Shown: piece by piece, positions 1-10,725 of the stretch
How the letters are laid out: each line of letters starts with the position of its first letter
Numbering within the stretch: position 1 is the stretch's first letter
Origin: Eubacteriales bacterium
GTDB taxonomy: Bacteria > Bacillota > Clostridia > Oscillospirales > CAG-272
Assembly (NCBI GenBank): GCA_045537235.1
Contig: JAZSPB010000076.1
Coordinates: 41-64,040, forward strand
Direction: 5' to 3'
DNA length: 64,000 bases
The notes under the pieces: generated by a model
Told to the model about the DNA's origin: nothing
Databases searched by the model: none
Seen by the model: the letters and a program-made list of their open reading frames with translations, nothing else
Translations under genes and position numbers: made by a program

Positions 1-90
1 GAGGGATTGTTTTGAGTAAAAATTTAACCTTTTACAATCCCTCCGTCACGGCAAGCCGTGCCACCTCCCTTTACACAAGGGAGGCTGTTT
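1..90. repeat. REP-like clostridial palindromic element, cut by the window start
   Basis: GAGGGATTGT (1-10) / ACAATCCCTC (34-43) inverted pair, followed by stacked hairpins CACGGC-AA-GCCGTG and CCTCCCTT...AAGGGAGG. Confidence 0.6.
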
Positions 91-314
91 TTTACCTCCC
101 GGAAGGTAGTCACATAGGCTTTTGATATGCTAATGTCAAAAGTGACTTTACGTTTCTTTTGGCAAAATCTTGTTGTCTTTAATTAAGTCAGCGCTTGCGA
201 GGAAAAGAGGACGGAGAACATTTACATTCTCCGTCCTCTCACCATTGGTGGGTAAACCTTATTTCGTTAAACTGTTCTTCAGAGTACAGCCCATTGCCGT
301 CCCTCTCTTTTTAA

Positions 315-1355
315 TCATAATGATTCATTCCATGTCAACGCATCACAAAAATAGGCATTGGTATTGGCGCGGAGACCCTTTTCGTTTTCAACAGAAAGGC
401 GGAAGAAGATGTCGGTCTCGGGGTGAAGCTCAAATGTTGCTTCGGTCAAATATTTGCCATCTTCGGCATGAATCTGCCGTGAATGCCGCGCGCCGCAGTG
501 GAGTCGGATATGCTTGGCGGGAGAACAGGTGATATGTACCTTGTTATCTTCAATGTACAGTTCATGGATCTCAGGTCCCATGGAGGCATAGAAATTGCCT
601 TGCTCAAGGGCGCGAGTAACGGTTCGGTAGTCCAGCCGATCGGCGCGGATGACGGTGAAGCCACCAAAAGAATCGTGTGACCAAGGGTTTCCCGCTGCGG
701 TGCGGTTGTGATTGTCATCGGCAGCTATACAGAAAATACGATTGCCTGTGCGGAGTATATCATCGTAAACCTTGGGATTATAATCTTCATAGCCCATTTC
801 GTAGCAACCGTAGTTGCAGATCTCCATGGCGTGCATTCCGCGGTAATTGGCATACTGCTCATAATTTTCCAGCGACCATCCGGGGTGGTTGTAGGTCACA
901 AAAAATCCGTTGTCACGTCCCATCTGCATCATTTCGCTGATGCCTTCGACCGAATATTCGCGAACATAGTCAGGGAGGGATTCATCAAATTGCACTAATT
1001 CCTTATACTCGGGAGCGTTGCCGAATAGATAGCGTTCCCTGTGCCAGCAGACCTGCTTGAAATTGTCCGGTTCGATAGCAATGAGGCACATATGGCAAGT
1101 TTTTCTGGGGTGCGGTCTCGACTTTTCCTCATTGATTTCCATTTCATAACCGCGGAGCGGCAAAAAATTCTCGTCGGCAAGGTCAGAGTGGTCGATCATA
1201 ATGTCGTGGTCTGTATAAGCCACGATGGCGTAGCCTTGCTCTTTATAGGCGTCTTTGATCTGTTCAGGGGTAAGACTGCCGTCCGACAGAGTGGAGTGGC
1301 AGTGCAGGTTGGCTTTATAATCATTGCCATTTTGGGGCAAAAGGTATTGTTTCAT
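315..1355 (-). CDS. PHP-domain metallohydrolase (CehA/McbA-like)
   Basis: NLHCHSTLSDG, TDHD, NHP and ADDNH metal-binding motifs; AGGAGG RBS before ATG at 1355. Confidence 0.8.
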   Translation of the reverse strand: MKQYLLPQNGNDYKANLHCHSTLSDGSLTPEQIKDAYKEQGYAIVAYTDHDIMIDHSDLADENFLPLRGYEMEINEEKSRPHPRKTCHMCLIAIEPDNFKQVCWHRERYLFGNAPEYKELVQFDESLPDYVREYSVEGISEMMQMGRDNGFFVTYNHPGWSLENYEQYANYRGMHAMEICNYGCYEMGYEDYNPKVYDDILRTGNRIFCIAADDNHNRTAAGNPWSHDSFGGFTVIRADRLDYRTVTRALEQGNFYASMGPEIHELYIEDNKVHITCSPAKHIRLHCGARHSRQIHAEDGKYLTEATFELHPETDIFFRLSVENEKGLRANTNAYFCDALTWNESL

Positions 1356-1525
1356 AGTGTCCTCCTTTTTTCGGCTTTCGCCTTTTTTCAAAAATATTAT
1401 ATCAATATTATATCACGGAAGTTGGTCATTTTCAATACTTGTTGGGATTTTTTTTGGATGCCCTTGTACTCGATTCAAATTTGTGATATAATATAATGAA
1501 ATGATTTATGCGGGGAGGGAAGCGC

Positions 1526-1912
1526 ATGGCACACCGGATGAGAGTGAAGCCGACAGTCGGAGATCTTTTGGTCATCGCCGCTGTCTGTCTTTTGGCACTT
1601 TTAATGTTTCTGATTCCCGTTTTTGCCAACCGCTCCGCATCGTATGTCAGAGTTACGACTGAGTTTGGGGAAACTAGCTTTTTGATTTCTCTTGATGGCG
1701 ATTTTTCTCGCACGATAGAATCGGCGGGGTATGCATTGACGGTCACGGTTTCGAATGGAACGGTTTGCGTTTCCGACTCTACTTGCTCCGATCGTGTTTG
1801 TGTCAACAGCGGAACGATTTCTCGCGGCGGCGAGGTTATTATCTGCGCGCCTGCGGGCGTGACGGTGGAGATTCTTTCGGCTGGGGAGGAGGCGGACTAT
1901 GTCATCGGTTGA
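1526..1912 (+). CDS. NusG domain II (Lin0431-like) membrane-anchored protein
   Basis: N-terminal TM; C-S-D-R-V-C...G-T-I...I-I-C-A-P motif; precedes Gx transporter and apbE. Confidence 0.8.
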   Translation: MAHRMRVKPTVGDLLVIAAVCLLALLMFLIPVFANRSASYVRVTTEFGETSFLISLDGDFSRTIESAGYALTVTVSNGTVCVSDSTCSDRVCVNSGTISRGGEVIICAPAGVTVEILSAGEEADYVIG

Positions 1913-2438
1913 TCGCAAAGTAACTCGCCGTGTAGCGGTAGATGCCTTGTTTTTGGTGCTTGCTTTGGCGCTTTCCTACATAGAGGTGCTGATCCCGATT
2001 GGCAACCTTGTTCCGCTTCCCGGCTTCAAATTGGGATTGGCGAATATTCTTATTATGATACTGTTGTGGCGCGTGGGCATATCGGACGGTGCAGTTGTCT
2101 CGTCTTTGCGTGTTTTGATCATGGGTTTGCTGTTCGGCACGCCTGTCAGTATATTCTTTTCCTTTGGCGGCGCACTTTTTTCTTTCCTTGTACTCGTACT
2201 TCTGAAGCGGCTTTCGGGGCGGTTTGTCAGTTTTATCGGGGTTTCGGTCTTGTCCGCCTCGGCTCATAATATCGGTCAGTTGATATGCGCGGGGATATTG
2301 TTTGATTTTCGTGTGGTTTTTAGTTATTTGCCTCTGTTGCTGATCGCCTCGGTGGTTTTTGGGGCGGTTTCGGGCGTGATCGTCAACCGTATTTACCCGT
2401 CCTTGGAAAAAATAAAGCTTGAGGGATATGATTTATGA
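1899..2438 (+). CDS. Gx transporter family / heptaprenyl diphosphate synthase component I
   Basis: PGFKLGLANI and AHNIGQL motifs; hydrophobic throughout. Confidence 0.85.
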   Translation: MSSVDRKVTRRVAVDALFLVLALALSYIEVLIPIGNLVPLPGFKLGLANILIMILLWRVGISDGAVVSSLRVLIMGLLFGTPVSIFFSFGGALFSFLVLVLLKRLSGRFVSFIGVSVLSASAHNIGQLICAGILFDFRVVFSYLPLLLIASVVFGAVSGVIVNRIYPSLEKIKLEGYDL

Positions 2439-3460
2439 AAAAGGTTGCAACATTTTTTTGCTTATTGCTGTGCCTGTCCTTTTTGTTCTCTTGCGACACA
2501 GTGCCCGAATACCAAAAGCAAAGTTTTTTTGCTATGGACACCCTGGCGGAAATTCGCATTTACTCGGATCACGAAAAGGTTACCGAGGTCTTTGCGGAAT
2601 GCAAGGCTTTGACGGCGGAGCTTGAGAAAGCAATCTCTGTGACATATGAGGGCGGCGACCTTGTTAGATTTAATGCCTCGGAGTCGGGCATTGAAGACGC
2701 ATCCGAGCATCTTTTAGCACTGATTGCCATTTCCTCGGAAATATCCCGTTTGACGGGAGGAAGTTTTGATATTCGCGCCGGCGCTTTGATTGCACTTTGG
2801 AAACAGTGCGAAGAGGAAGGGCGTCTTCCCACCGATGCTGAAATTGCCGCCGCAGTCGCCCTTGTTGATGGCGATATCTCGACCGTTGGTACCGAGGTTT
2901 CCAAGTCCGATGCGGCGCTCAAGCTGGATTTTGGCGCGGTTGGTAAAGGCTATGCAGCCGATCTGTTGAAAGCAGAGCTTTTAAAAAAGGGTGTTTCTTG
3001 CGGTATGATCTCTTTTGTCAGTTCTATTACCGTTTTTGGTGAGCGGGAGACAGGCGATTTCCGCATCGCTATTCGCCGTCCCGATGCCTCGGGAGAAATT
3101 GCGGGTTATATTACGCTTCGCGATATGTCGCTGTCGGTTTCCGGTAACTATGAACGGTATTACGAAATCGGCGGTCAAAAGTACGATCACATTCTGGATC
3201 CTGCCACGGGGTATCCTGCCGATAATCGTATCGACAGTGTTGTAGTCACCACACCGAACGGTGCCTATGCCGATGCACTTTCTACTGCAATCACCGTTAT
3301 GGGGGCAGAGGAGACATTGGCGCTTTATCAAAACGGAAGCATCCCCTTTGAGGCCGCCATTTTTTGTGGCAATGAGATTCTCGTGACCGATGGCTTTTCC
3401 GAGAACTTTTCGCCGGTGGACGGGCGCTATACCGTGGTTCGTCTATCCGATCGCATTTGA
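2435..3460 (+). CDS. apbE: FAD:protein FMN transferase ApbE (lipoprotein)
   Basis: Lipobox LFSC; FFAMDT, LDFGAVGKGYAAD, SVSGNYER, HILDPATGYP, ADALSTA. Confidence 0.92.
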   Translation: MKKVATFFCLLLCLSFLFSCDTVPEYQKQSFFAMDTLAEIRIYSDHEKVTEVFAECKALTAELEKAISVTYEGGDLVRFNASESGIEDASEHLLALIAISSEISRLTGGSFDIRAGALIALWKQCEEEGRLPTDAEIAAAVALVDGDISTVGTEVSKSDAALKLDFGAVGKGYAADLLKAELLKKGVSCGMISFVSSITVFGERETGDFRIAIRRPDASGEIAGYITLRDMSLSVSGNYERYYEIGGQKYDHILDPATGYPADNRIDSVVVTTPNGAYADALSTAITVMGAEETLALYQNGSIPFEAAIFCGNEILVTDGFSENFSPVDGRYTVVRLSDRI

Positions 3461-3472
3461 AAAGAGGAGATT

Positions 3473-4369
3473 ATGCAAAATTCATTTTCTTATACAACCA
3501 AATCCGAGTTGGCAGGGATTTCCGTGAAAAACCCTTGTTGCCGCCGTGCGCTTACCTTTGGCTTAATGTACGCGGCTGTTGAGGAGAACGGTGAGATCGT
3601 GGTGAGTTTTTCCCACGAGGCGGTTTCCGGGCTGTTTGGTGCATTGGTAAAAGAGTCCTTTGGTCGAGAAACCACTTTGACTAAACGAACGATAGTTGGT
3701 CGAGAGACATGGTCTCACCGTTTTTTCGCCAAGCGCGCCGCCAATTTCATTTTGGCAATGGATGTCGATGCTCCGAGCAATTTTATGGAGCTTGTTGGTT
3801 TTAAATGCGCCGGCTGCCGTCAGGCTTTTTTACGAGGTGTCTTTTTGGCGGTCGGAACGGTTACCGATCCTGCCAAGGGATATCATGCGGAATTGTTGTT
3901 GAATAGTGGGCATCGCGCCGATAAGATGGACGATTTTTTGGCACTTTGCGGCATTCCCGCAAGACGCATCGAGCGACGGGGAAAGATCGGGCTCTATTAT
4001 AAAAACAGCACGGCGATCGAGGAGTTCTTTGCGGAAATGGCGGCCAACAATGCGGTCTTTGAGCTGATGAATACCAAGATTGAAAAAGAGATCCGCAACC
4101 AAGAGAACCGCGCCACCAATTGTGTGGCAAAAAATATATCGCGGTCGGTGGATGCCATTCGCAAGCAAGTGAATGCCATTGAACATTTGCGCGACCGAGA
4201 GATGCTGGAAGGACTTCCCGACGATCTGCGTGTTACAGCTGAATTGCGCTTGAAGTTCGATGAAGCCTCGCTGGCAGAGCTTGCTATGGCGCACACTCCA
4301 CCCATATCCAAATCCGGACTTAATCATCGTTTGACGCGGTTGGTAGAGCTTTCGGAAAAATTGAAATGA
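3473..4369 (+). CDS. whiA: DNA-binding protein WhiA
   Basis: AFLRGVFLAVGTVTDP, NRATNC and SKSGLNHRL motifs. Confidence 0.92.
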   Translation: MQNSFSYTTKSELAGISVKNPCCRRALTFGLMYAAVEENGEIVVSFSHEAVSGLFGALVKESFGRETTLTKRTIVGRETWSHRFFAKRAANFILAMDVDAPSNFMELVGFKCAGCRQAFLRGVFLAVGTVTDPAKGYHAELLLNSGHRADKMDDFLALCGIPARRIERRGKIGLYYKNSTAIEEFFAEMAANNAVFELMNTKIEKEIRNQENRATNCVAKNISRSVDAIRKQVNAIEHLRDREMLEGLPDDLRVTAELRLKFDEASLAELAMAHTPPISKSGLNHRLTRLVELSEKLK

Positions 4370-4386
4370 ACAAGAAAGGGCAGCCT

Positions 4387-7300
4387 ATGTCGGACTTTGT
4401 ACATCTGCATTTGCATAGTGAATACAGCCTGCTTGACGGAGCTTGTCGCATCTCGGATATCCCGAAACGTGCGGCAGAATGCGGTCATCGTGCGGTAGCC
4501 ATTACCGATCACGGCGTTATGTACGGTGCGGTCGCCTTTTATCGCGCTTGCCGTGAGCAGGGGATCAAGCCGATCATCGGCTGTGAGGTGTATGTGGCTT
4601 CCCGTTCGCGCCTTACCAAATCGGCGGACGGTGACAATCGAACCGACCACTTGGTGCTTCTTTGCGAAAATGAGACGGGATACCGCAACTTGATCGCCTT
4701 GGTCTCTGCGGGCTTTACCGAAGGTTTTTATTCCAAGCCGCGTGTTGATTTGGAGCTTTTGCGCCGTCATTCTGAAGGGCTGATTGCTCTTTCCGCGTGT
4801 CTTGCCGGTCATATTCCGCGGCTTTTGACGGGGGGAGATTACGAGGGCGCAGTCAGCTATGCTCGCGAGATGTCCGCGATCTTTGGAAGTGAAAATTTTT
4901 ATATTGAGCTTCAGGATCACGGCATGGAAGAACAACGGCAGATATTGCCGCTTCTTTCACGTTTGGCCGAGGAATGCGGACTGCCAATGGTGGCAACCAA
5001 TGACTGCCACTACTTGCGTCGAGAGGATGCCTATGCCCAAGCGGTCTTGATGTGTGTTCAGACCAACAGTGTCATAACCAATGGTCGTCCTATCGGTTTT
5101 GAAACAGATGAATTTTATTATAAAACGACTGAGGAAATGGAAGCCCTGTTTGGGCGCTACCAAGGTGCAATTGAGAACACGGTGAAGATCGCGGATCGGT
5201 GCAATTTTGATTTTTCCTTTGACCAAATATATCTTCCCAAATTTAGATGCCCCGGCGGAGAGAGTGCCACCGAGCACCTCACGGACTTGGCACATAAAGG
5301 CTTAAAGCGTCTCGTGAAAGAGGGAAAGATCCGTTTTGGTGACCGTGATGAGAAAACCTATATAGACCGCATGGAATATGAGCTTTCGGTAATCGACAAG
5401 ATGGGATATTCCGACTATTTCCTCATCGTGCAAGATTATGTTAATTTTGCCAAAGCCAATGGCATCCCCGTGGGACCCGGCAGAGGATCGGGGGCGGGAA
5501 GTCTTGTAGCTTTTGCGGTGGGAATTACCGATATTGACCCCATCCGCTTTGATTTGCTGTTTGAGAGATTTCTCAATCCCGAACGCGTCAGTATGCCCGA
5601 TATCGATATCGACTTTTGCTATAACCGCCGTGATGAAGTCATTCGATATGTCGGTGAGCGGTACGGAAGCGACCATGTGTCACAGATCGCTACCTTCGGT
5701 ACTCTTGCGGCGAAAGCGGTCATTCGAGATGTGGGGCGTGCAATGGGCATGGCCTATTCCGAGGTTGACCCCATCGCACGCATGATTCCTCACGAGCTGG
5801 ATATTACCATCGATGCGGCGCTGAAGCTGCCCGAGCTTCGGGAGGAGTATGATTCCTCTCCCAAGATCAAACAGTTGATCGATACGGCACGAGCCTTGGA
5901 GGGGATGCCTCGCAATGTGTCCATCCATGCGGCAGGGGTGGTCATTACCGACAAGCCTCTGACCGATCATGTTCCGCTTTCGCAAAGTAACGGAATAGTG
6001 ATCACCCAATATGACATGAACACCATAGCATCTTTGGGATTGCTCAAATTCGATTTCTTGGCACTTCGAAACCTGACAGTCATCCGCGATGCCGAGATTC
6101 AGGTCAGGGAACAGCTCCCCGATTTCGATATAGAGAAGATTCCGCTTGACGATGCGGCTACCTATGAGATGATCGCTTCCGGCAACACTTCGGGCGTTTT
6201 TCAGCTGGAGTCGGGCGGAATGAGACAGATGCTTGTCAACCTGCGCCCCGATTGTTTTGAGGACATTGTGGCGGCTATCTCGCTTTACCGCCCCGGTCCT
6301 ATGGACTCAATACCCAAATATATTGAAAACAAAAAAGACAGAAGCAAGATTCGGTACGTTACCCCCATCCTCGCCCCCATTTTGGATTCCACATACGGCT
6401 GTATCGTGTATCAAGAGCAGGTCATGGAGGTCTTTCGACGCGTGGCGGGCTATACCTTCGGACACGCTGATCTTGTGCGCCGCGCCATGGCCAAAAAGCA
6501 CGCAGACGAATTGGAAGCCGAGCGCGACACCTTTGTGGCAGGAGCAGAGAAAAACGGTGTTTCTCACAAGGATGCCGTAGCACTTTTTGAGAGCATGGCG
6601 GATTTTGCCAGCTATGCTTTTAACAAGAGCCACGCGGCGGCTTATGCGGTGGTATCCTACCGAATTGCCTATCTAAAGCTTCACCATCCCAGAGAATATA
6701 TGGCAGCGCTTTTGACCTCTGTGCTGGGAAATATGACCAAGGTGGCCGAGTATATTGCAGAATGCGGCAAAATGTCGATCCGCGTACTGCCGCCCGATAT
6801 CAACCACAGTAATATTTATTTTCATGTCGATGGCGAAAACATCCGTTTTGGACTTTTGGCGCTTAAAAATGTGGGCAAGAGCTTTTCCGAGCATATTCTG
6901 CGCGAGCGTCAAGGCAAGCCTTTTACGTCCTTTGAGGATTTTGTGGAACGAATGTCGGGACACGATCTCAATAAGCGACAGGTGGAGACACTTATCAAAG
7001 CCGGTGCATTTGACAGCCTCGGTGTTTATCGAAGCCGTCTGGTTTCGTCTTATGAAAAAATTCTCGAAGCCAACAGTGATGCCGGACGGGGGAATCTGGA
7101 AGGACAGTTGGATATGTTTTCCGATCCCTCCATTGTTGTGAGCAAGCCGGCTTATGAATATCCTCAGATTCCCGAATATACGCCTCGCGAGCTTTTGTTG
7201 CTGGAGAAGGAGTGCTCGGGAATGTACTTCACAGGACACCTGTTGGACGGTTATTCCAATCATATTGCCGCCGTTGGCGGTACCCCTATTACTAAACTGA

Positions 7301-7923
7301 CCGACCCCGAGCAGAGCATCGTATTTTCCGAGCGGGATCGTGTGACTGTAACGGGAATGATCAGCGAGGTATCGGTGAAAAATACCAAAAATGATGACCG
7401 AATGGCATTCTTTACACTGGAGGACAAGTACGCGGGGGTCGAATGCATCCTGTTTCCCAATGCCTATGAAAAATATTCCTACCTTGTACGCATTGATTCT
7501 GCCGTTATCGTGATGGGTACTGTTTCCAAACGCGACGAGGATGGCATCAAAATTCTTGTTAACAGTATGATTGAGCTGGAGGACAATGCTACCTATACTT
7601 CCCATTTTTCCCAAACGCCGAAAGCCGCCTCCGAAACCGCTCAAACCGAAACACCTCGACCGCGCCCCACCACACCTCCTACAAAAACACGCCCCACCAA
7701 AATCTATCTTCGAGTCCCGTCCATGACCGACGAAAAGGCAAAAAAAGCGGTCAACCTGGTCGATATCTTCGAGGCAGAAGGAATCATGCCGTCTCTCGCC
7801 GTTCAATTTTATGATAGCGAGAAAAAGTCCTATGTCCCTTATGAGAAACGTCTTTCTTCCACCGCCTTTGTTATAGGAGAGCTTCAAGCCCTTTTAGGCA
7901 CTGAAAATGTAGTCATACATTAG
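4387..7923 (+). CDS. dnaE: DNA polymerase III alpha subunit
   Basis: FVHLHLHSEYSLLDG, GPGRGSGAGS, PDIDIDF, YAFNKSHA; C-terminal OB fold. Confidence 0.98.
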   Translation: MSDFVHLHLHSEYSLLDGACRISDIPKRAAECGHRAVAITDHGVMYGAVAFYRACREQGIKPIIGCEVYVASRSRLTKSADGDNRTDHLVLLCENETGYRNLIALVSAGFTEGFYSKPRVDLELLRRHSEGLIALSACLAGHIPRLLTGGDYEGAVSYAREMSAIFGSENFYIELQDHGMEEQRQILPLLSRLAEECGLPMVATNDCHYLRREDAYAQAVLMCVQTNSVITNGRPIGFETDEFYYKTTEEMEALFGRYQGAIENTVKIADRCNFDFSFDQIYLPKFRCPGGESATEHLTDLAHKGLKRLVKEGKIRFGDRDEKTYIDRMEYELSVIDKMGYSDYFLIVQDYVNFAKANGIPVGPGRGSGAGSLVAFAVGITDIDPIRFDLLFERFLNPERVSMPDIDIDFCYNRRDEVIRYVGERYGSDHVSQIATFGTLAAKAVIRDVGRAMGMAYSEVDPIARMIPHELDITIDAALKLPELREEYDSSPKIKQLIDTARALEGMPRNVSIHAAGVVITDKPLTDHVPLSQSNGIVITQYDMNTIASLGLLKFDFLALRNLTVIRDAEIQVREQLPDFDIEKIPLDDAATYEMIASGNTSGVFQLESGGMRQMLVNLRPDCFEDIVAAISLYRPGPMDSIPKYIENKKDRSKIRYVTPILAPILDSTYGCIVYQEQVMEVFRRVAGYTFGHADLVRRAMAKKHADELEAERDTFVAGAEKNGVSHKDAVALFESMADFASYAFNKSHAAAYAVVSYRIAYLKLHHPREYMAALLTSVLGNMTKVAEYIAECGKMSIRVLPPDINHSNIYFHVDGENIRFGLLALKNVGKSFSEHILRERQGKPFTSFEDFVERMSGHDLNKRQVETLIKAGAFDSLGVYRSRLVSSYEKILEANSDAGRGNLEGQLDMFSDPSIVVSKPAYEYPQIPEYTPRELLLLEKECSGMYFTGHLLDGYSNHIAAVGGTPITKLTDPEQSIVFSERDRVTVTGMISEVSVKNTKNDDRMAFFTLEDKYAGVECILFPNAYEKYSYLVRIDSAVIVMGTVSKRDEDGIKILVNSMIELEDNATYTSHFSQTPKAASETAQTETPRPRPTTPPTKTRPTKIYLRVPSMTDEKAKKAVNLVDIFEAEGIMPSLAVQFYDSEKKSYVPYEKRLSSTAFVIGELQALLGTENVVIH

Positions 7924-7934
7924 ACCGCCGCCTG

Positions 7935-8117
7935 CGGGCGGGGAGGTCGCTTTTTTGAAAAAAAGCTCCGCAAAAAACTTTTGATCCGCGCCCTTTTTGT
8001 AGTTTGCGCGAACATAGCGAAACACCAAGGGGTGCAGTATGTTCGCTCAAACTTTGGCAAGGGCGCGGAACAAAAGTTTTTGCGGAGCTTTTTTCAAAAA
8101 GCGACCTCCCTCGCCCG
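7935..8117. repeat. Long palindromic intergenic repeat, copy A (fullest copy)
   Basis: GGGAGGTCGCTTTTTTGAAAAAAAGCTCCGCAAAAAACTTTTG ... CAAAAGTTTTTGCGGAGCTTTTTTCAAAAAGCGACCTCCC; nearly the whole ~180 bp can pair. Confidence 0.9.
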
Positions 8118-8195
8118 TCCAAGTTTTGCCGCCCATAATGTAAAAGGTTATGAGGCATAATAAGGTCGAAAAAACATGGCAAAAGGAGTAGTGAT

Positions 8196-10676
8196 ATGGC
8201 AAGAGAACGCATTCGTAAGAAGCATAGATGGTGGAGGGCGATCGGTGTTCTTTTGACCGGTGTTTTTGTTGCTGTGACGGGGCTGTATTTTTATGTTTCG
8301 ACCAATTTTGAAACCGAGGCCGATGCATCGCTTTTCGGTATGACGATAGCCGATTCTACCACTCGCTTTTATTATTGCGATACGGGGACGGATCATACTT
8401 ATGATGCATCAAAGATTGTGGAATTGGATGAGACACTGAAGGGGACGCGTCATATGTTGTACTGCGATTATGAGGATATGCCGAAAAAGCTGATTGAGGC
8501 ATTTGTCGCAATTGAAGATAAGCGCTTTTTTGAGCATGAGGGAGTGGATCTTTATCGGAGCGCCGCCGCTGCTGCCAATTATCTTTTGGGATTTGATGAC
8601 CGTTTCGGTGCCTCAACCATTACGCAACAGTTGGTTAAGAATGTGACGGGAAATAACGAGGTTACCGTTAAACGAAAAATTCAAGAGATGCTTTATGCGT
8701 ATGATTTGGAAAAAAAGTTGACCAAGGAGGAAATCCTCACCTGCTATTTGAATGTTATCAACCTGGCAGAAGGATGCTACGGCGTAGGGGCAGCATCCGA
8801 TATTTACTTTTCCAAAGCGGTATCCGATCTCAACATTCTTGAATGTGCATGCATTGCGGCCATAACCAACAGCCCCACCTATTATGATCCCATCCGCAAT
8901 CCCGAACACAACAGGGAGCGGCGAGATGTGATCCTTACCGCCATGCATGAACAAGGCTATCTGACCGATCGGGAGTATCAAGAAAATTATGGGGCGGAAT
9001 TGATATTAAATGTTAATGAGGCAGTGCTTCGAGAGCGCGTCAATTCGTGGTATGTGGACATGGTGGTGGAGGATGTGATAAACGATCTTGTCCTACAATA
9101 CGGCTATTCCCGGGAGACGGCGGCACGGATGGTCTATAACGGAGGTCTTCGCATTGTTACCGCCATGGATGCTCGGGTGCAGCAAACAGTGGAGCAATAC
9201 TATGAAAAGGCCGTGCGTTTCAGCGGTTGTAAGGCGCAGTCATCTATGATCGTGATTCATCCCACAAGCGGTGATATCCTCGGTGTAGCGGGTGCGGTAG
9301 GTACCAAAACAGGCAACCGCATTCAAAGCTATGCCACGGATGCCAAGCGTCCCTCCGGTTCCACCGTTAAGCCGCTTTCGGTCTATGCTCCGGCACTGGA
9401 GGACGGAAAGATCACCTATGCTACGGTATATGATGATGTCCCCGTGGAGTTTATCCGAACCGCGAGCGGATATCAACCGTGGCCGCACAATGCCAATATG
9501 GTTTATCGGGGGCTGACCAATGTCAATTTCGCTTTGTCTCACTCTTTGAACACCGTGGCTTTGAGAGTGCTTGACGATGTTGGCATCGAGCGTTCCTTTC
9601 GCTTTTTGCATGATACTCTTGGTGTTGAAAGTGTGATCGAGAAAGAGGCACTTGACGGTGGCGGTTACTTGACCGATAAGGCGCCCGCCGCGCTGGCGCT
9701 GGGGCAGATGAACCGAGGGGTGACCTTGCGAGAAATGACCGCCGCCTACAGCATATTTTCGAATAAGGGACAGTATAACGCTCCCCGTTCTTACTATAAA
9801 GTATACGATTCCATGGGCAGGGAATTGCTGTCAAACGAGACGGAAAGCCGATATGCGATCAGCTCGGGCAATGCCACGGTAATGACCGAAATGCTCAAGC
9901 ACGTCATTTCCACGGGAACAGCCAAGAGCATTACGTTGGACAATTTCATTGACGTAGCGGGAAAAACGGGAACGACGCAGAACAACTGCGATAAGTGGTT
10001 TATTGCGTATACTCCTTACTGCCTTTGCGGTGTGTGGTATGGGTATGAATATCCGGAGCCGATCGTGGGGGTGGAGAAAAACCGATACCTTGAGATTTGG
10101 AATGATGTGATGTCCGATCTCCATCTCCATTATTATATTCCCGAGGGAGGCAGGAGGCATTTTGAACGCGATGCCAATGTTGTTACCGCCACTTTTTGTC
10201 GCGATTCGGGAAAGTGCATGAATACCGACTGCTATCTTGATCCGAGAAATAATCGGGCAGAGGTGGGATATTTCGTCAAAGGAACACAACCTATCGGGTA
10301 TTGCACCTGTCATACCGCCGTCAACTACGATGCCGAAGAAGGCGGTGTAGTTTGCGAAGGGTGTGAATGTGAAAAGATAACGCGCGTGGGGCTGTTGCGC
10401 GTCAATCGACTCTTTCCCATTCCCGTTCGAATTACCGATGCACAATACACCTGTCGCGATCTGCCTCCGGGATTTGAGCCGTTGGCGGAGGAGGGAAAGC
10501 CCTACTTTGCCGACTCGGTCTCCGACTACCGATATTTGGGATATTCGGCGGCAGAACAACCGTACAATCGCGCTTGTACCAAGCATTTAAACTATGCAGA
10601 ACGTATTTTGGAAAAACAGTTGGCCGATAACGACACGGAATCGGAGCAATCGACAAACGATCCAGATAGGGAATAA
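8196..10676 (+). CDS. Class A penicillin-binding protein (PBP1A family)
   Basis: Transglycosylase motifs EDKRFFEHEG and GASTITQQLVKN; transpeptidase STVK, SLN and KTG; Cys-rich C-terminal extension. Confidence 0.95.
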   Translation: MARERIRKKHRWWRAIGVLLTGVFVAVTGLYFYVSTNFETEADASLFGMTIADSTTRFYYCDTGTDHTYDASKIVELDETLKGTRHMLYCDYEDMPKKLIEAFVAIEDKRFFEHEGVDLYRSAAAAANYLLGFDDRFGASTITQQLVKNVTGNNEVTVKRKIQEMLYAYDLEKKLTKEEILTCYLNVINLAEGCYGVGAASDIYFSKAVSDLNILECACIAAITNSPTYYDPIRNPEHNRERRDVILTAMHEQGYLTDREYQENYGAELILNVNEAVLRERVNSWYVDMVVEDVINDLVLQYGYSRETAARMVYNGGLRIVTAMDARVQQTVEQYYEKAVRFSGCKAQSSMIVIHPTSGDILGVAGAVGTKTGNRIQSYATDAKRPSGSTVKPLSVYAPALEDGKITYATVYDDVPVEFIRTASGYQPWPHNANMVYRGLTNVNFALSHSLNTVALRVLDDVGIERSFRFLHDTLGVESVIEKEALDGGGYLTDKAPAALALGQMNRGVTLREMTAAYSIFSNKGQYNAPRSYYKVYDSMGRELLSNETESRYAISSGNATVMTEMLKHVISTGTAKSITLDNFIDVAGKTGTTQNNCDKWFIAYTPYCLCGVWYGYEYPEPIVGVEKNRYLEIWNDVMSDLHLHYYIPEGGRRHFERDANVVTATFCRDSGKCMNTDCYLDPRNNRAEVGYFVKGTQPIGYCTCHTAVNYDAEEGGVVCEGCECEKITRVGLLRVNRLFPIPVRITDAQYTCRDLPPGFEPLAEEGKPYFADSVSDYRYLGYSAAEQPYNRACTKHLNYAERILEKQLADNDTESEQSTNDPDRE

Positions 10677-10699
10677 AACCCAAAATCACCTCATATAGT
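10671..10699 (+). promoter_or_regulatory. Putative sigmaE promoter of the TspO-like gene
   Basis: GAATAAA-N14-CATATAGT; overlaps the 5' arm of a 12-bp inverted repeat (10682-10693 / 10712-10723). Confidence 0.6.
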
Positions 10700-10725
10700 G
10701 GTAAGGAACTGTGAGGTGATTTTTT

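Noticed and set aside
1526-3460. NusG-II / Gx transporter / ApbE cluster as a novel system
   Set aside because: This is a known flavinylation-associated gene set in Firmicutes and nothing unusual is visible here.
7935-8117. Palindromic repeats as a CRISPR array
   Set aside because: Copies are dispersed, long and self-complementary, with no repeat-spacer periodicity and no cas genes.
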